Source: Podarcis filfolensis (lineage: Eukaryota). Taken from it: DNA of 64,000 nucleotides. The translations under genes were made by a program, and so were the position numbers. The DNA is taken from NCBI GenBank assembly GCA_964270895.1, contig OZ185438.1. One strand, given 5' to 3'. Shown one piece after another: positions 63,532 to 64,000 of this stretch. The notes beneath the pieces are model-generated. The model did not search any database. It was not told the DNA's origin and saw only the letters and a list, made by a program, of their open reading frames with translations. The stretch's first letter is position 1. Each line of letters begins with the position of its first letter.

Positions 63532-63757
63532 CGGTGGTACTTCGGGTTAAGTACTTAATTCGTTCCGGAGGTCTGTACTTAACCTGAAACTGTTCTTAAC
63601 CTGAAGCACCACTTTAGCTAATGGGGCCTCCTGCTGCCACCGCGCTGCCGGAGCACAATTTCTGTTCTTATCCTGAAGCAAAGTTCTTAACCTGAAGCAT
63701 TATTTCTGGGTTAGCGGAGTGTGCAACCTGAAGCGTATGTAACCCGAGGTACCACTG
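63532..63757 (-). mobile_element. Tc1/mariner (pogo/Tigger-like) MITE, second copy
   Basis: TA-CGGTGGTACTTCGGGTT...AACCCGAGGTACCACTG-TA. The body is the reverse complement of 22932-23170. Confidence 0.92.
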
Positions 63758-64000
63758 TATACAAATTTAAAAAATAAAAAATAAAAAGTATAGAGGGTCT
63801 ATTCTGCTTTCAGTTCCCCATTCAAAATGCACACGAGTTGTTTTCCCAAGGCTTGTTTAAAGCAAAGTAGCTGCCCACCCAAAGCCCTTTCCAAGACTCT
63901 ATTTCACCTCAAACTACCAAATGTTGAAAAAGAAAGTAGGGAAATGTCTTCACAAGAATCAGAACATTAGTTGTGTGGATTTTACTTAAGCTGCAGCCTC

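Noticed and set aside
1-64000. Prokaryotic-style systems (CRISPR arrays, operons, defence islands)
   Set aside because: The DNA is vertebrate. There are no regularly spaced repeat-spacer arrays and no gene-dense ORFs, and all repeats are explained by transposons or microsatellites.

Overview
This is eukaryotic vertebrate DNA, most likely from a squamate (lacertid-type) lizard, judged by two Sauria-SINE subfamilies, squamate tRNA-derived SINEs and lizard-type hAT and Tc1/pogo MITEs. I recognise no protein-coding gene, rRNA, true tRNA or CRISPR array. The window reads as a long intron or gene desert. It is packed with decayed LINE fragments (L2, CR1), SINEs, non-autonomous DNA transposons, possible solo LTRs, microsatellites and two N gaps. 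Almost all ORFs in the six-frame track look spurious; the only interpretable ones are L2 and CR1 ORF2 remnants. Several unique-looking, CpG-retaining, homeobox-motif-rich blocks could be conserved non-coding enhancers, but that cannot be shown without alignments. The most notable structures are: (i) a 508-bp GC/CpG-rich hAT-like element with an 8-bp TSD that is built from nested hairpins (53849-54356); (ii) three different hAT MITEs stacked end to end at repeated CTCTAGAN target sites (61085-61630); (iii) two SINEs with different tRNA heads (Lys-like and Ile-like) on the same 3' tail; (iv) a recursive-splice-site-like AG|GTAAG motif and two candidate micro-exons on the + strand. I found no convincing new biological system. 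The findings are leads. Family names come from my recollection of consensus sequences, not from a database search.
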